Part shown: positions 23,697 to 33,771 of the stretch, piece after piece
Layout: each line of letters opens with the position of its first letter
Numbering within the stretch: position 1 is the first letter of the stretch
NCBI GenBank assembly: GCA_001782805.1
Contig: MFPT01000008.1
Coordinates: 13,162 to 77,161 of the forward strand
Direction: 5' to 3'
DNA length: 64,000 bases
Origin: Candidatus Magasanikbacteria bacterium RIFCSPHIGHO2_01_FULL_41_23
Lineage (GTDB): Bacteria > Patescibacteriota > Patescibacteriia > Magasanikbacterales > UBA922
Translations under genes and position numbers: made by a program
Notes under the pieces: model-generated
The model's database searches: none
What the model was told of the DNA's origin: nothing
The model's input: only the letters and a program-made list of their open reading frames with translations

Positions 23697-24680
23697 TTAG
23701 CCGTTGTTTCCATCCGGGTCGCAGGTGTCCCCGAAACCCAAACCATCAGCGTCGTTATCAATTTGCGTCGGATTGAATTTCCAGGCGCAATTGTCAACAG
23801 CGTCAGGAATGCCGTCGTTGTCGTCGTCTATGTCGATATTGTTTGGAACTCCGTCGTTGTCCAAATCCGTGTCACATCCGCCGAAGATTCCATCTTGGTC
23901 ATTGTCTCCCTTATTGTACACACATTCGGATTTCGAGGGATTGCACACTCCTATGTAACAGGGGATCGACTCAGGAATGACGCAAACGTACGGACTTCCG
24001 GCGCATTTACCAGACGTACAGACATCGTTTTCTGTACACCAATTACCATCGTCACATAAAGCGACGTTGGCCACAAACGAGCAACCAATCTTTGGATCAC
24101 AGGCATCGTTAGTGCAGGAGTTTTTGTCATCGCAGTCAAGATCCACACACTTGGGAAGTTCTATTACTTCAGGTGCACTAATCGAACCATGGTCTGATAT
24201 TTGATTAGTGTCATCTGAAATATCGTTTGACCACGTTTTAATGTCATTGTCGTAGGTATCCACAATTTCATTTTCAGACGTGGTCGTGGTATCAACATTA
24301 AGGACATCATTAATCACATCGCTCGTGTCCGAGACATTAATGTCCATCGACGTTTCAAAATTTTCCGAAACATCGGCATCGTTGTAGGATCCATCTGCAG
24401 TATCATTCGGCCTGAACACTTCGTCCGTCATCGTAACGATGTCTTTCTGATCCGTATCCTGCTGCGTCACGTCTTGATACGTCGTCTCGGTTTGAGACAT
24501 CACGTCGGGCAACACGCTGGACACATCGTCCGTAACATCGCTCTGGAACACGAAAGTCGCCTGCGCTTCTTTGCCTACATCAGCAGACATTTTTCGTTGG
24601 AAAGAGATTTCATCGATATTTCTGTCAAACACGCATCCGGCTAGAAAAAAAATAACGAACAAGACAATAAAACTTCTCAT
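23697..24680 (-). CDS. Lipoprotein with Asp/Thr linker, Cys-rich repeats and thrombospondin type-3-like Ca-binding repeats
   Basis: Lipobox LAGC; CDDKNSCTNDACDPKIGC, CDDGNWCTENDVC; DNDGIPDAVDNC..NPTQIDND; AGGTGG upstream of ATG. Confidence 0.85.
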   Translation of the reverse strand: MRSFIVLFVIFFLAGCVFDRNIDEISFQRKMSADVGKEAQATFVFQSDVTDDVSSVLPDVMSQTETTYQDVTQQDTDQKDIVTMTDEVFRPNDTADGSYNDADVSENFETSMDINVSDTSDVINDVLNVDTTTTSENEIVDTYDNDIKTWSNDISDDTNQISDHGSISAPEVIELPKCVDLDCDDKNSCTNDACDPKIGCSFVANVALCDDGNWCTENDVCTSGKCAGSPYVCVIPESIPCYIGVCNPSKSECVYNKGDNDQDGIFGGCDTDLDNDGVPNNIDIDDDNDGIPDAVDNCAWKFNPTQIDNDADGLGFGDTCDPDGNNG

Positions 24681-24785
24681 TGGATTTTTTCCACCTATTC
24701 AAAAGGCTATGGTCTAAAGAACAATATTTTAACCATAACACAAACAACCTTAAGGAAGTCTTAAATTTTCAAAGTTATCAACAGG

Positions 24786-26639
24786 TTATTGTACAAGCAC
24801 ACCTTTTTTTCGGGCGATTGCATCATCGGGTAAACTAGTATCAATATTAGAACCAAAACCAATAACTGTTTTATTAATAAATGTATCCCATCCTGAAATA
24901 TGTACATTAGCAAGAAGAGGTAAAATTGTACCGCGTTCGCTTGGTGTTGGCATAATTGCCAATTCAAAATTTACTTGCGCACTTTCGTGCGCCGAAAGAT
25001 GGGAAATTTCCCAGGAAACAGTGCGATTTTCCGGAGAATAGATTGGTTCTCGTCCTTGATTCACGCTTGTTTTTCCTGTCCAATTAACTCCTGACGGCAA
25101 AGTCGCTGTTAGTTTGAGTCCGGAAACAGCACTCGTTCCATTTTGGATTTCCAAAAGTGCCCAATATTTTGTTTCTTTTCCAACCACTGGAGGCAAATGT
25201 CCGCGGCCAATTTGATCACCTTCCGCAGAATAATAATGCGCGCTCGCATTGATGTTTAGACTTGTACCAATTGCCAAAGGATTTAATTGTGCGTTTGTTT
25301 CAAACAATTGAGTAATTCCAACTACTTCAGCAGTAATTTTTGGATTAAGGACAAGATTAAGATTCGTCGCTCCACTTGGATGTAAGGAAATGGGAATTAT
25401 TATGGGGATTTGTATTGCTGTGCCGCGAGCGAGAAAATTAAGTTCGGGGAATTTTTTTTGCGATATGATTAAATTTGATCCTTGGCTGGAAAAATTGTTT
25501 TTTTGTCGAGCCGCAGCTATTGATACGAGAGCTGAAGGCAGAGGAATACTCAAATTAAGATTTTTTAAATCAACGCTCCCAGTATTTTTTAGCCGGATTA
25601 TTATTTGGGCTATGTCTCCGGGACTGGCTGTATTGACTGACCATTGGCCGGAGATTTCAATATTCGGATGGGCCACTGCACTTTTGGCCGCAATTTTATT
25701 TTGATTGAATATAGTACCGTTAATTATAATTGATGGCGTCAACTCAAGAGAAATCGTGTCAATATTTTTTGGTACGGAAGCCGTAATCGTCAGAGTAGTA
25801 GTCGCACTTTCATTGGCATTCAGATGGGGAATATACCATTTTTCTCGATCGATTTTCCCCGCTGTAGTTGAGTCTATTTTGTAACTCGTATATTTATTGG
25901 ATTCGACGGGAATAACAATATTTTCCAAATCATGATGATTGTTATTTTTTATTACCAGTTCACTTTTCCAACTACTGTTTTCAAAAATAGTCGCGGGTGC
26001 GGATAATGATCCAATCAAAGTGGAATCTCGAAGTGTGGCGATTACTCCTGTAGTCACAACTTCAAAAATGTTACGATTTTTTTGCCGGTAGACCAATTCA
26101 ATTCCCGTAGGATAATTATGATTTGGTTCACCGAAAAATTGACCGGCAAATATAATTTCACCTTCAGTTTTTGGCTCAATGTTTGGCACGCTAATTGAGT
26201 GAGTGTTGGTAACAAAATTTTTGCCGTTTACATTAAATAGAATAAAACCAACAGGGAAATTAATGTGCATTATTGGGTCAACCAATACTACCTCGCTATT
26301 ATTTTTATAGGTGACGGAAAAAAATAAATGCTCGCCACTCTGGACTCGATTTAATTCACTTTGCTCATGTCCATTGATTTTTATTGAAATTGCGACATTT
26401 TTTTGAACAGTTGGATCATACCAGTGCCAAAAGAGGCCGATACCACCAATAATAAAAATACTGGCCAAAAGTAGCATGTCAAACAAAAAAAGTTTGCGAG
26501 CATGGGCAAACCGCAGATGATATTTTTTTTGATAATGAACTTCCAGCGCATGAATCGGGGAAATCAAGAAAGCCAGAAACCATTTGTGCGGAGCATGAAG
26601 AAGGTGATGTTTGGTAAGATGATTGGAGACATACCTCAT
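24786..26639 (-). CDS. Single-pass membrane protein with repeated Ig-like (DUF11-like) domains
   Basis: One TM; VTYKNNSE, LKNTG, GHLPPVVGKETKYW, LPSGVNWTG. Confidence 0.75.
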   Translation of the reverse strand: MRYVSNHLTKHHLLHAPHKWFLAFLISPIHALEVHYQKKYHLRFAHARKLFLFDMLLLASIFIIGGIGLFWHWYDPTVQKNVAISIKINGHEQSELNRVQSGEHLFFSVTYKNNSEVVLVDPIMHINFPVGFILFNVNGKNFVTNTHSISVPNIEPKTEGEIIFAGQFFGEPNHNYPTGIELVYRQKNRNIFEVVTTGVIATLRDSTLIGSLSAPATIFENSSWKSELVIKNNNHHDLENIVIPVESNKYTSYKIDSTTAGKIDREKWYIPHLNANESATTTLTITASVPKNIDTISLELTPSIIINGTIFNQNKIAAKSAVAHPNIEISGQWSVNTASPGDIAQIIIRLKNTGSVDLKNLNLSIPLPSALVSIAAARQKNNFSSQGSNLIISQKKFPELNFLARGTAIQIPIIIPISLHPSGATNLNLVLNPKITAEVVGITQLFETNAQLNPLAIGTSLNINASAHYYSAEGDQIGRGHLPPVVGKETKYWALLEIQNGTSAVSGLKLTATLPSGVNWTGKTSVNQGREPIYSPENRTVSWEISHLSAHESAQVNFELAIMPTPSERGTILPLLANVHISGWDTFINKTVIGFGSNIDTSLPDDAIARKKGVLVQ

Positions 26640-26660
26640 ATATTAGAAGTATAACAATAA

Positions 26661-26698
26661 AAAAATCCTTCGCCTATCTCTAGGTCTAAAGGATTTTT
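26661..26698. terminator. Intrinsic terminator-like hairpin
   Basis: AAAAATCCTT..AAGGATTTTT inverted repeat right after the HTH gene stop. Confidence 0.6.
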
Positions 26699-26699
26699 T

Positions 26700-26990
26700 T
26701 TATTCCGGTTTAATTGACTTGTTGCTGGGAGAATAGAGTGTATTACTGATTTTCCATTGATCCACGAATTGTCCTATTCCCTTTTGATTTGTTTTATTTT
26801 TAACCGTTGTTTTGCGTTGCGACCATTTGATGAGACTTTCAAAATTTATTTTGTAGCGTCCGGCCACTACCACATAGGTAATTTCTTGATCTCTGATAGC
26901 GCGCCGAACAGTTTGGGGATTAACACCAAACAAACGAGCTGCTTCTGAGATGGAAACGCGGATTAATTCTTTCTGTTTATTTGGCTCCAT
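26700..26990 (-). CDS. Excisionase/MerR-like (HTH_17) DNA-binding protein
   Basis: VSISEAARLFGVNPQTVRRAI; TTGACA-17-TAATAT upstream on minus strand (27051-27023). Confidence 0.85.
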   Translation of the reverse strand: MEPNKQKELIRVSISEAARLFGVNPQTVRRAIRDQEITYVVVAGRYKINFESLIKWSQRKTTVKNKTNQKGIGQFVDQWKISNTLYSPSNKSIKPE

Positions 26991-27274
26991 AAAGCATTGT
27001 TTGGATACATTTGTATACACAGATATTAACAAAAAACAGTACTTTTGTCAAGTATATTTTATAGTTTGCTTACTTGTAAAAAACAAGTATTCTTGATCGG
27101 TAAAAGTATACACTAGTCTATACTTTTAATAATATTTGTATACACTAGTGTACTCTTTTAAAAATATCTAAAAAATTTTTGTTATTTAGATTTTTCCCTA
27201 TTTTTCATGTTGCCATATTTACTTATACTGGTTTTTATTATACTATATATAGAAGTGTGCAAGTGTTCCTTAGG

Positions 27275-27300
27275 TGTAACACTTTTTTATTCTCCACGTC
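27275..27300 (+). promoter_or_regulatory. ECF-type promoter, probably autoregulatory and leaderless
   Basis: TGTAAC-16 nt-CGTC, 7 nt before the sigma factor ATG. Confidence 0.65.
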
Positions 27301-27307
27301 TTCTATT

Positions 27308-27856
27308 ATGCCAGCAGAGATTAATCAGAAAAAACTGGTTTACCGAATTATCAAGAATCATGATCCTGAGGCATACGGACAATTATACGATTTGTTTGTT
27401 GCTCGTATTTATCGTTTCATCTTTTTCAAAGTCGGAAGTAAAGAAGAAGCTGAGGATTTGACCAGTGATGTTTTTTTGAAAACGTGGCAGTATTTAACCA
27501 AAAATAAAAGTTTAGAAATTAAAAGTTTTAGCGGTTTGATTTATCAGATCGCGCGCAATGCTTTGGTTGATTTGTATCGAGCAAAAGCAAATCGCCAAGA
27601 ATTTTCGTTGGATCTGGCAAATGAATTTATTATTGATGAGGAAAAATTTGGGGCCATTGACGCGAGCCACGATGTAGCTAGAATTTTACAGGCTTTGAAA
27701 AAAATTAAACAAGAGTATCAAGAAGTGTTGGTATTCAAATATATTGAAGAGTTATCAATCAAGGAGATCGCGGAAATCTTAAAAAAGACACCGATTAATG
27801 TACGCGTCACATTGCATCGGGCAATGATTGTTTTAAAAAAGTCGCTCAAAGTATGA
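27308..27856 (+). CDS. ECF (sigma-24) RNA polymerase sigma factor
   Basis: AEDLTSDVFLK, IARNALVDLYR, LSIKEIAEIL..VRVTLHRA. Confidence 0.93.
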   Translation: MPAEINQKKLVYRIIKNHDPEAYGQLYDLFVARIYRFIFFKVGSKEEAEDLTSDVFLKTWQYLTKNKSLEIKSFSGLIYQIARNALVDLYRAKANRQEFSLDLANEFIIDEEKFGAIDASHDVARILQALKKIKQEYQEVLVFKYIEELSIKEIAEILKKTPINVRVTLHRAMIVLKKSLKV

Positions 27857-29019
27857 ATCATGTTAAGCGACAATTAAGGCAGATAAAAGAAATAAAAGGT
27901 TTGGTTAATCCCGATCTTTTTTGGGTTACAAACAATCGCGCGCGACTGTTACAACAAATTAATAATACCGTAGTGCCGATTGAAAAACCGATAATTGGAG
28001 AAACAGCTCGTGTTTTCTGGTTTCAATTTCGTTCCAGCACTGCCTTCCGTGTTATGCGTCCGGTTTTGACCGCGCTGACTGTGGCTGCGCTCGCAACCAG
28101 TGGCTGGATTGCCAGTGTCAGTGCTTCGTTCAATAGTTTGCCCGGAGATCGTTTGTGGGCAGTCAAACGCGCGGCTCAGAATACTGAAGTGGCAGTTAAA
28201 AGTTTTGGTGCTTCAAACGATAGAAAAGTGCAGTTGCAACTTAATCTGGCAAAAAATCGAGTTGATGATATTAAAAAGGCAGTGGCGCAAAAATTAATTA
28301 ATACTTCGCCCAGTGATTTGAAAAAGGCAGTTAAGGATTTAAGTGTCGCGACACAAGATGTCCAGACCGCGGTCAAACAAGTATCGTCCAACATTGTTGA
28401 TCAGGAAAAAGTAGCCACTACCAAAAATAATCAATTGCAAGTTGTAGAAACAGTAAAAGACGTAGCCAAAGATACGAATAATTTAACCAAAGAATTAACA
28501 TCAACCATTGTATCATCCACAGCCGCTGGAGCGGAGGTGACAAAACAAGTTTTGGAAACGGTTAGAGTGGTAAACCAAACAAGCATTAATGCCATTGAAG
28601 TGGCAGTCAGAAATCAGGATGAGCTCAGTAAGAGCGGAGGAGAAACCGGATCGGCCAGAAATATTGTTTCGGAAAAAGTAGCTGATTTGGTACGATCAAA
28701 CGAAGCTTTGACACAAGAAGTTAAAAATACAAATGATGATTTGAAAATTATCGTTGCTGCACCAACAGGAACAGCCGCAATAATTGTACCGAATGTCAGC
28801 TCAACTCTTCCCGCTACTTTAACAACAAAGGAAATTAGTAGGGAAGCTGAAGAAAAAATAACAGCGACGCGCGAATCAGTCGCCGATATTAGAAAAAATA
28901 TTGACAGTGGAAATTTGCAGGAAGCAGTAAATGGTTTGCGCGCGCTGAACGAAAGCGCGGTCACAGCCCAACAACTTTTGGTAAAAATCAAAACCAAAGT
29001 TGAAATCGATAAACGATAA
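27853..29019 (+). CDS. Putative anti-sigma factor, DUF5667-type helical membrane protein
   Basis: ATGA-coupled to sigma gene; TM followed by SLPGDRLWAVKRAAQ. Confidence 0.75.
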   Translation: MNHVKRQLRQIKEIKGLVNPDLFWVTNNRARLLQQINNTVVPIEKPIIGETARVFWFQFRSSTAFRVMRPVLTALTVAALATSGWIASVSASFNSLPGDRLWAVKRAAQNTEVAVKSFGASNDRKVQLQLNLAKNRVDDIKKAVAQKLINTSPSDLKKAVKDLSVATQDVQTAVKQVSSNIVDQEKVATTKNNQLQVVETVKDVAKDTNNLTKELTSTIVSSTAAGAEVTKQVLETVRVVNQTSINAIEVAVRNQDELSKSGGETGSARNIVSEKVADLVRSNEALTQEVKNTNDDLKIIVAAPTGTAAIIVPNVSSTLPATLTTKEISREAEEKITATRESVADIRKNIDSGNLQEAVNGLRALNESAVTAQQLLVKIKTKVEIDKR

Positions 29020-29187
29020 TGGCCGTTATACTGTATAGCTCTCAGTTTATTAGATTAACAAATTGTGAGCCATACAGTAACGGCTCCCACGACATAAAGT
29101 CGGCGGGCTACTATCACTAAAAGGTCGAATCCCGATTAAGTCGGGAAAGTGTATAGTTTTATTTAAAGATACATTAGTATATTTATT

Positions 29188-32100
29188 ATGAATGATTTGA
29201 AGAAATTCGGTAAGAAGCTCTTCACTATGTCAGTGGTTAGTATGACCATTGCTTGGAGCGTTGGCTTGTCAGCCCTCGTCCCAGCCGGTGTTGTCGCCGC
29301 TACTTGTCCAGAGCTTGAAGCCGGAGACTTGTTCAAAGTTAAAGGGAACGCAGCAGTATATCTGTTGAATTCCAACATGGAACGTATGTACTTCCCCAAT
29401 TCGGAAGTTTATAACACATGGTACAAGGATTTTAGTGGTATCACTACCATTGAACCGGCCTGTGTTGACGCGTATCCATCCGGTGGTGGTGTTAACTTCC
29501 GCCCCGGTGCCCGTTTGGTAAAGAGCGCGGTTTCTCCGTCTGTCTTTGCCGTCGGTCCAGACAACATGAAACATAAAATCGCTGATGAGAAAGTTGCCGC
29601 TGCCCTTTATGGCAGTGCTTGGAGCAAACTTGTCCGCGTAATTCCTGATGTTTTTGACTCCAACTACAAAGTTGGCGCAGAACTTAAGGAAGCCAAACTT
29701 CATGATGGTCAATTGGTTATGAAGTCAGGTGATACGACTGTCTACTATGTTTGGATGGGAATGTTGAAGAAAGTAGATGGAACATTGCCTTCTCAGACAA
29801 GTGGTGATGTACGAACGGTTTCCGTTGAAACTTTAGCTTCAGTGTCAATGGACACAGCTACTGTTACCGGCGCAACCGTGACCACAAACCCAGCTCAGAA
29901 AGGTACTGCTACGAGTCCGACTACTCCGACAAGTGCGGGTAAGTTGAAGGTTAGTATTGCCGCCAATACCCCAAGTGGTACTTACGCAGTTAAGAGTGCG
30001 GCTCGCGTTCCATTTACTAACGTAGTATTTGAAAATACGAGTGGCGACACAGTTACCATTGATTCATTTAAAGTTGTTCGCGGTGGAGCTCCAGCAGTAA
30101 ATGCTGACTTTACCACTGTCAACGTAGTTGATGAAATGGGTAATCTTTTGAATGATGCTGGCAAATCACTCAACTCCGAGAATATGGTTACTTTCACCGA
30201 GGACATTGTCCTTACAGCTGGTGCAAAGAAAACCTATACTTTGGTTGGTGATATGGCTGGATCAGGTTTGACCGGTGGCAATGTTCCTACATTGGGTTTG
30301 TATTCGGTAGATACTAAGGCCACTGTTGAAGGTGTTTTACCAATGTATGGTAACGCGGTAGTGACCAATGCTAACGTTACGCTGGGTACTGTTACTTTGG
30401 CCGAAGGTTCAACTATCGGTACGGTAACCAAACAGGTCGGCACTAAGGATGTTAACTTAGCCAGTTTGAAAATTACCGTTGCTACGGAAGATTTTCAAAT
30501 CGGACGGGTTGTATTCTACAACTCCGGTACTGCGGCTGATGGTGACATTGAAAAATTCGTTTTGAAATACAATGGTAACATTGTTGCTCAAGGCGCAATG
30601 AAAAATAAGTATTTGACCTTTGATTTATCCGCTTGTACGGCTGATTGTAAGTTGGAAAAAGGCAATGACAAGACCTTTAATGTCTATGCCGATTTGATCG
30701 CCGGTTCAGCTCGTACCTCAAATCTTGATATCCAGCGGACAGTTCATGTCTTAGCCAAGGATCTTAAGAACAATTACTATGTAACTCCAACCAACAATGC
30801 CTCGGCCATGACCAATACGGTCACCGTGTCACAAGGTAAGTTGGATGTTTCTAAGACTAACAATGTTCCGACAGGCAATGTTCCTCGGAACGCAACCAAT
30901 CAATCACTTGGTACTTGGAATTTCAAGGTTACAGGTGAACCGGTTGATGTTCGTACCATTGTTTTCCGCCTCACGACCACTGGTACCATCGTACCAACCG
31001 GTCTTGACAGCATTACTTTGTACAACGCAGCTGGTAAAGCTTTGATCGGCGGTGTTGATGGTGCTGGATCAGCCAGCCCAGGATACGCCACTAGTACTGA
31101 TTCCTTTACTCTCCCAGTCGGTGATAATATCCTGACTTTGAAAGCAAAAGTTGACAGTACAGCTGTGGCCAATGACACAATTGCTGTGGCCATTGACTTG
31201 ACTAACACCAGCAACTTTGATGCTCGTGGGGTAAACAGTGGTGAAACTATCACTCTGGGAACCTATGCCACACCACAATCAGCAGTGTCGGCTAACACCA
31301 TGACAGTCAAAGGTTCAGCTTTGCGCGTGACCACATTGTCAACTCCTCCCGCCACAACCTATGCGGCTGGTACGAATGACGTGGTCTTTGCCAAAGTTCT
31401 CTTCGATACTTCTGATTCTTCAGAAGATGCCAAAGTAACTCAATTCATCATTACCAATACTACTGCAGGCGGTGCGAAGGGTATAAATATCCAAAGCGTT
31501 CGTTTGTTCGTGGATCTTGACGGAGATAGTTATGATGGAAAAGGCTCAGCAGTGGCATTGACTGAAACCCAAAGTGGAGCACAGTCAACCGCTAACACGG
31601 CCGAAGACCTAACCTTTAATCTTAGTGGCACTGATCAATTCTTGGTCAAAGCCGGTAAGAAAGTAGAAGTATGGGTCAAAGGTAATATTGCTGGTGGCGC
31701 GGCCGCTGGTACTCATACCTTCTCGGTTGATACAGCCAATGATATTGCTGCGACCGGTGCAACTACTGGCGGAACAATTACTGAAGTAATTGATTCAGCT
31801 GCCGGTCAGGCTATGACGGTTGGTGCGGCTGGTGGTACAGTTGAAGTATCGCTTGATCCTTCCAACCAAACTGCCAAGCAGTACGCCGCTGGTACTAAGG
31901 GTGTAACCCTAGCCACTTTCCGTTTCTATGCCACTTCCAGTGAAGACGTAGAATTGGACAAGATTAACTTGACCCAGTTAGTAACCGCCACTGCCAGCTC
32001 ATCGTTCAAAGACTATGATATGGTCTACTTGTACAATGCGGCCGGAGATATGGTTGGTTCAGCCAGTCCAACAAGTACATCGGTCTTCATTGATTTGGCA

Positions 32101-32946
32101 GACAAAGCATTTGTGGCGAAATCAAGTGATACGAGTGGTACATTGTTGGTAATTAAAGCTGATCTTTCCAGTATTGGTCCAAGCCAGAATGTAACTACTG
32201 GTGGACACAGTCTTGGTTATAAGATATTGGCGGCCAGTGCAGTAGGAGCTAAGGGTTCATTGACTGGTTCTACTTCCGTTGTGTATCTTGGTTCCAGTGT
32301 TCCGACTGGTCAAACTCATGTGATGTTTAAGGCTATCCCTACTGTCCAAGTATGTACTGGTACAGTTGATGATGCCTCTAACTGTAAACAAGTTAATGGT
32401 GTCTTGGCTAATGGTTCAAATGACTTGATTCGTTTCCGTGTCAAAGCTAATACCTCTGATGTCGGTCTCTACAAGTTTACCTTTGACATTACCACGACTA
32501 CTGCTAGTGTTACTTCAGTTGAATTGTTCGATACCACTGAATCCAATGAAATATCATTGTATTCTAATACCGCTCTTGCTAGTACTCCTTATGTCGAAGC
32601 TCTATTCGATACGGATAGTAGCGGTGTTACTTCCGGTGGAGAAGAACGAACTGTTTCGGCCGGCACATCTCGTTACTTCGCTTTGCGTGGTACCCTAACT
32701 GCTGTTGCTACAGGAGCCTCAGTTTCTACCCGCTTAGGTGGTGATGCTGCTTCCTCTGCTGGTACAGTAAGTGCTACTCTTATGGATAGTGCTGTTACAG
32801 CTGATTCAACCGCTTTGCACGATGACTTTATCTGGTCAGATCGCAGTGCTGGCGCTCATGCCACCACAACCCTTGACTGGACTAACGGTTATTTGGTTAA
32901 TGGTTTGAACTCAGCTTCATCCACTCCGATTGTTGTCGCGAAATAA
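29188..32946 (+). CDS. Large secreted S-layer-like / cell-surface protein
   Basis: Signal peptide; AVYLL..RMYFPNSEVYNTWY.DF repeat typical of CPR surface proteins; T/A/G/V-rich beta domains; biased codon usage suggesting high expression. Confidence 0.8.
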   Translation: MNDLKKFGKKLFTMSVVSMTIAWSVGLSALVPAGVVAATCPELEAGDLFKVKGNAAVYLLNSNMERMYFPNSEVYNTWYKDFSGITTIEPACVDAYPSGGGVNFRPGARLVKSAVSPSVFAVGPDNMKHKIADEKVAAALYGSAWSKLVRVIPDVFDSNYKVGAELKEAKLHDGQLVMKSGDTTVYYVWMGMLKKVDGTLPSQTSGDVRTVSVETLASVSMDTATVTGATVTTNPAQKGTATSPTTPTSAGKLKVSIAANTPSGTYAVKSAARVPFTNVVFENTSGDTVTIDSFKVVRGGAPAVNADFTTVNVVDEMGNLLNDAGKSLNSENMVTFTEDIVLTAGAKKTYTLVGDMAGSGLTGGNVPTLGLYSVDTKATVEGVLPMYGNAVVTNANVTLGTVTLAEGSTIGTVTKQVGTKDVNLASLKITVATEDFQIGRVVFYNSGTAADGDIEKFVLKYNGNIVAQGAMKNKYLTFDLSACTADCKLEKGNDKTFNVYADLIAGSARTSNLDIQRTVHVLAKDLKNNYYVTPTNNASAMTNTVTVSQGKLDVSKTNNVPTGNVPRNATNQSLGTWNFKVTGEPVDVRTIVFRLTTTGTIVPTGLDSITLYNAAGKALIGGVDGAGSASPGYATSTDSFTLPVGDNILTLKAKVDSTAVANDTIAVAIDLTNTSNFDARGVNSGETITLGTYATPQSAVSANTMTVKGSALRVTTLSTPPATTYAAGTNDVVFAKVLFDTSDSSEDAKVTQFIITNTTAGGAKGINIQSVRLFVDLDGDSYDGKGSAVALTETQSGAQSTANTAEDLTFNLSGTDQFLVKAGKKVEVWVKGNIAGGAAAGTHTFSVDTANDIAATGATTGGTITEVIDSAAGQAMTVGAAGGTVEVSLDPSNQTAKQYAAGTKGVTLATFRFYATSSEDVELDKINLTQLVTATASSSFKDYDMVYLYNAAGDMVGSASPTSTSVFIDLADKAFVAKSSDTSGTLLVIKADLSSIGPSQNVTTGGHSLGYKILAASAVGAKGSLTGSTSVVYLGSSVPTGQTHVMFKAIPTVQVCTGTVDDASNCKQVNGVLANGSNDLIRFRVKANTSDVGLYKFTFDITTTTASVTSVELFDTTESNEISLYSNTALASTPYVEALFDTDSSGVTSGGEERTVSAGTSRYFALRGTLTAVATGASVSTRLGGDAASSAGTVSATLMDSAVTADSTALHDDFIWSDRSAGAHATTTLDWTNGYLVNGLNSASSTPIVVAK

Positions 32947-32968
32947 TTTTGCCTCAACTCGTTCGGAA

Positions 32969-33000
32969 TACAAGACTCCTCCTTTTGGGGGAGTTTTGTA
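32969..33000 (+). terminator. Intrinsic terminator after the S-layer-like gene
   Basis: TACAAGACTCCTCC-TTTT-GGGGGAGTTTTGTA. Confidence 0.7.
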
Positions 33001-33088
33001 TATCCCGAGTTTAGTCGCAGGGGTTATCCCTTGATAATTTATGTGTCCTCTGTTATTATATGGAGGTATAACTTTTTAATTGATAGTT

Positions 33089-33766
33089 ATGGAGAAAAAA
33101 TGGGTTGTTATTTTGCTAGGCATTGCTTTTTTATTGTTTGGTTTGGGAAGTTGGTATTTTTTGTATATACAAAAAAGTGATGATATCTCTGTTAATGAAG
33201 ATCCGTTGGCTGATATTAAAATACCAAATGCAGATGCCACTACAAAAAAAATATACGAAGAAAAAATTAGCGCGACCAAAGAAATGTACCTAAAAATGCC
33301 TGATATTTGGGAAACATGGGTGGCAATTGGTAATTTGAAAAGCCTGTTTGGTGATTATGTTGGTGCATTGGCAGCTTATGAACAATCAGTGGCAATACAG
33401 CCAAATAATATTGTGGCTCAACGTAATATTGCAGTATTGTACGCCGAAAATTTACAGGATTATAAACAAGCAGAAGCGCATTATCGTCTGGCCATCAGGA
33501 ATGAATTAAATAGAGCGGAGTTATACATGGATTTAATTAAAATCCAATGGAAAAAATTAAATAATGAAAACGCGGCCAAAATTACGTTGGAGGAAGGCTT
33601 AAAACGAACAAAGAATGATTATGATTTGGTATATTTTGCCATAGCATTTTATACTGAAATTGGCGATAAAGAAACTGCGGACAGTTATCAAAAAAAACTG
33701 GAAACAATTAGTCGACCGACTACACCACAACCAAGCTTATTGGTTGTGCCAAACCAGAAACAATAA
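33089..33766 (+). CDS. Membrane-anchored TPR protein
   Basis: N-terminal TM; TPR pattern W..IG......GDY..A...YE......P. Confidence 0.8.
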   Translation: MEKKWVVILLGIAFLLFGLGSWYFLYIQKSDDISVNEDPLADIKIPNADATTKKIYEEKISATKEMYLKMPDIWETWVAIGNLKSLFGDYVGALAAYEQSVAIQPNNIVAQRNIAVLYAENLQDYKQAEAHYRLAIRNELNRAELYMDLIKIQWKKLNNENAAKITLEEGLKRTKNDYDLVYFAIAFYTEIGDKETADSYQKKLETISRPTTPQPSLLVVPNQKQ

Positions 33767-33771
33767 TTATT

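Noticed and set aside
26700-26990. Excisionase as a sign of a mobile element
   Set aside because: No integrase or att sites nearby; stand-alone HTH_17 regulators are common
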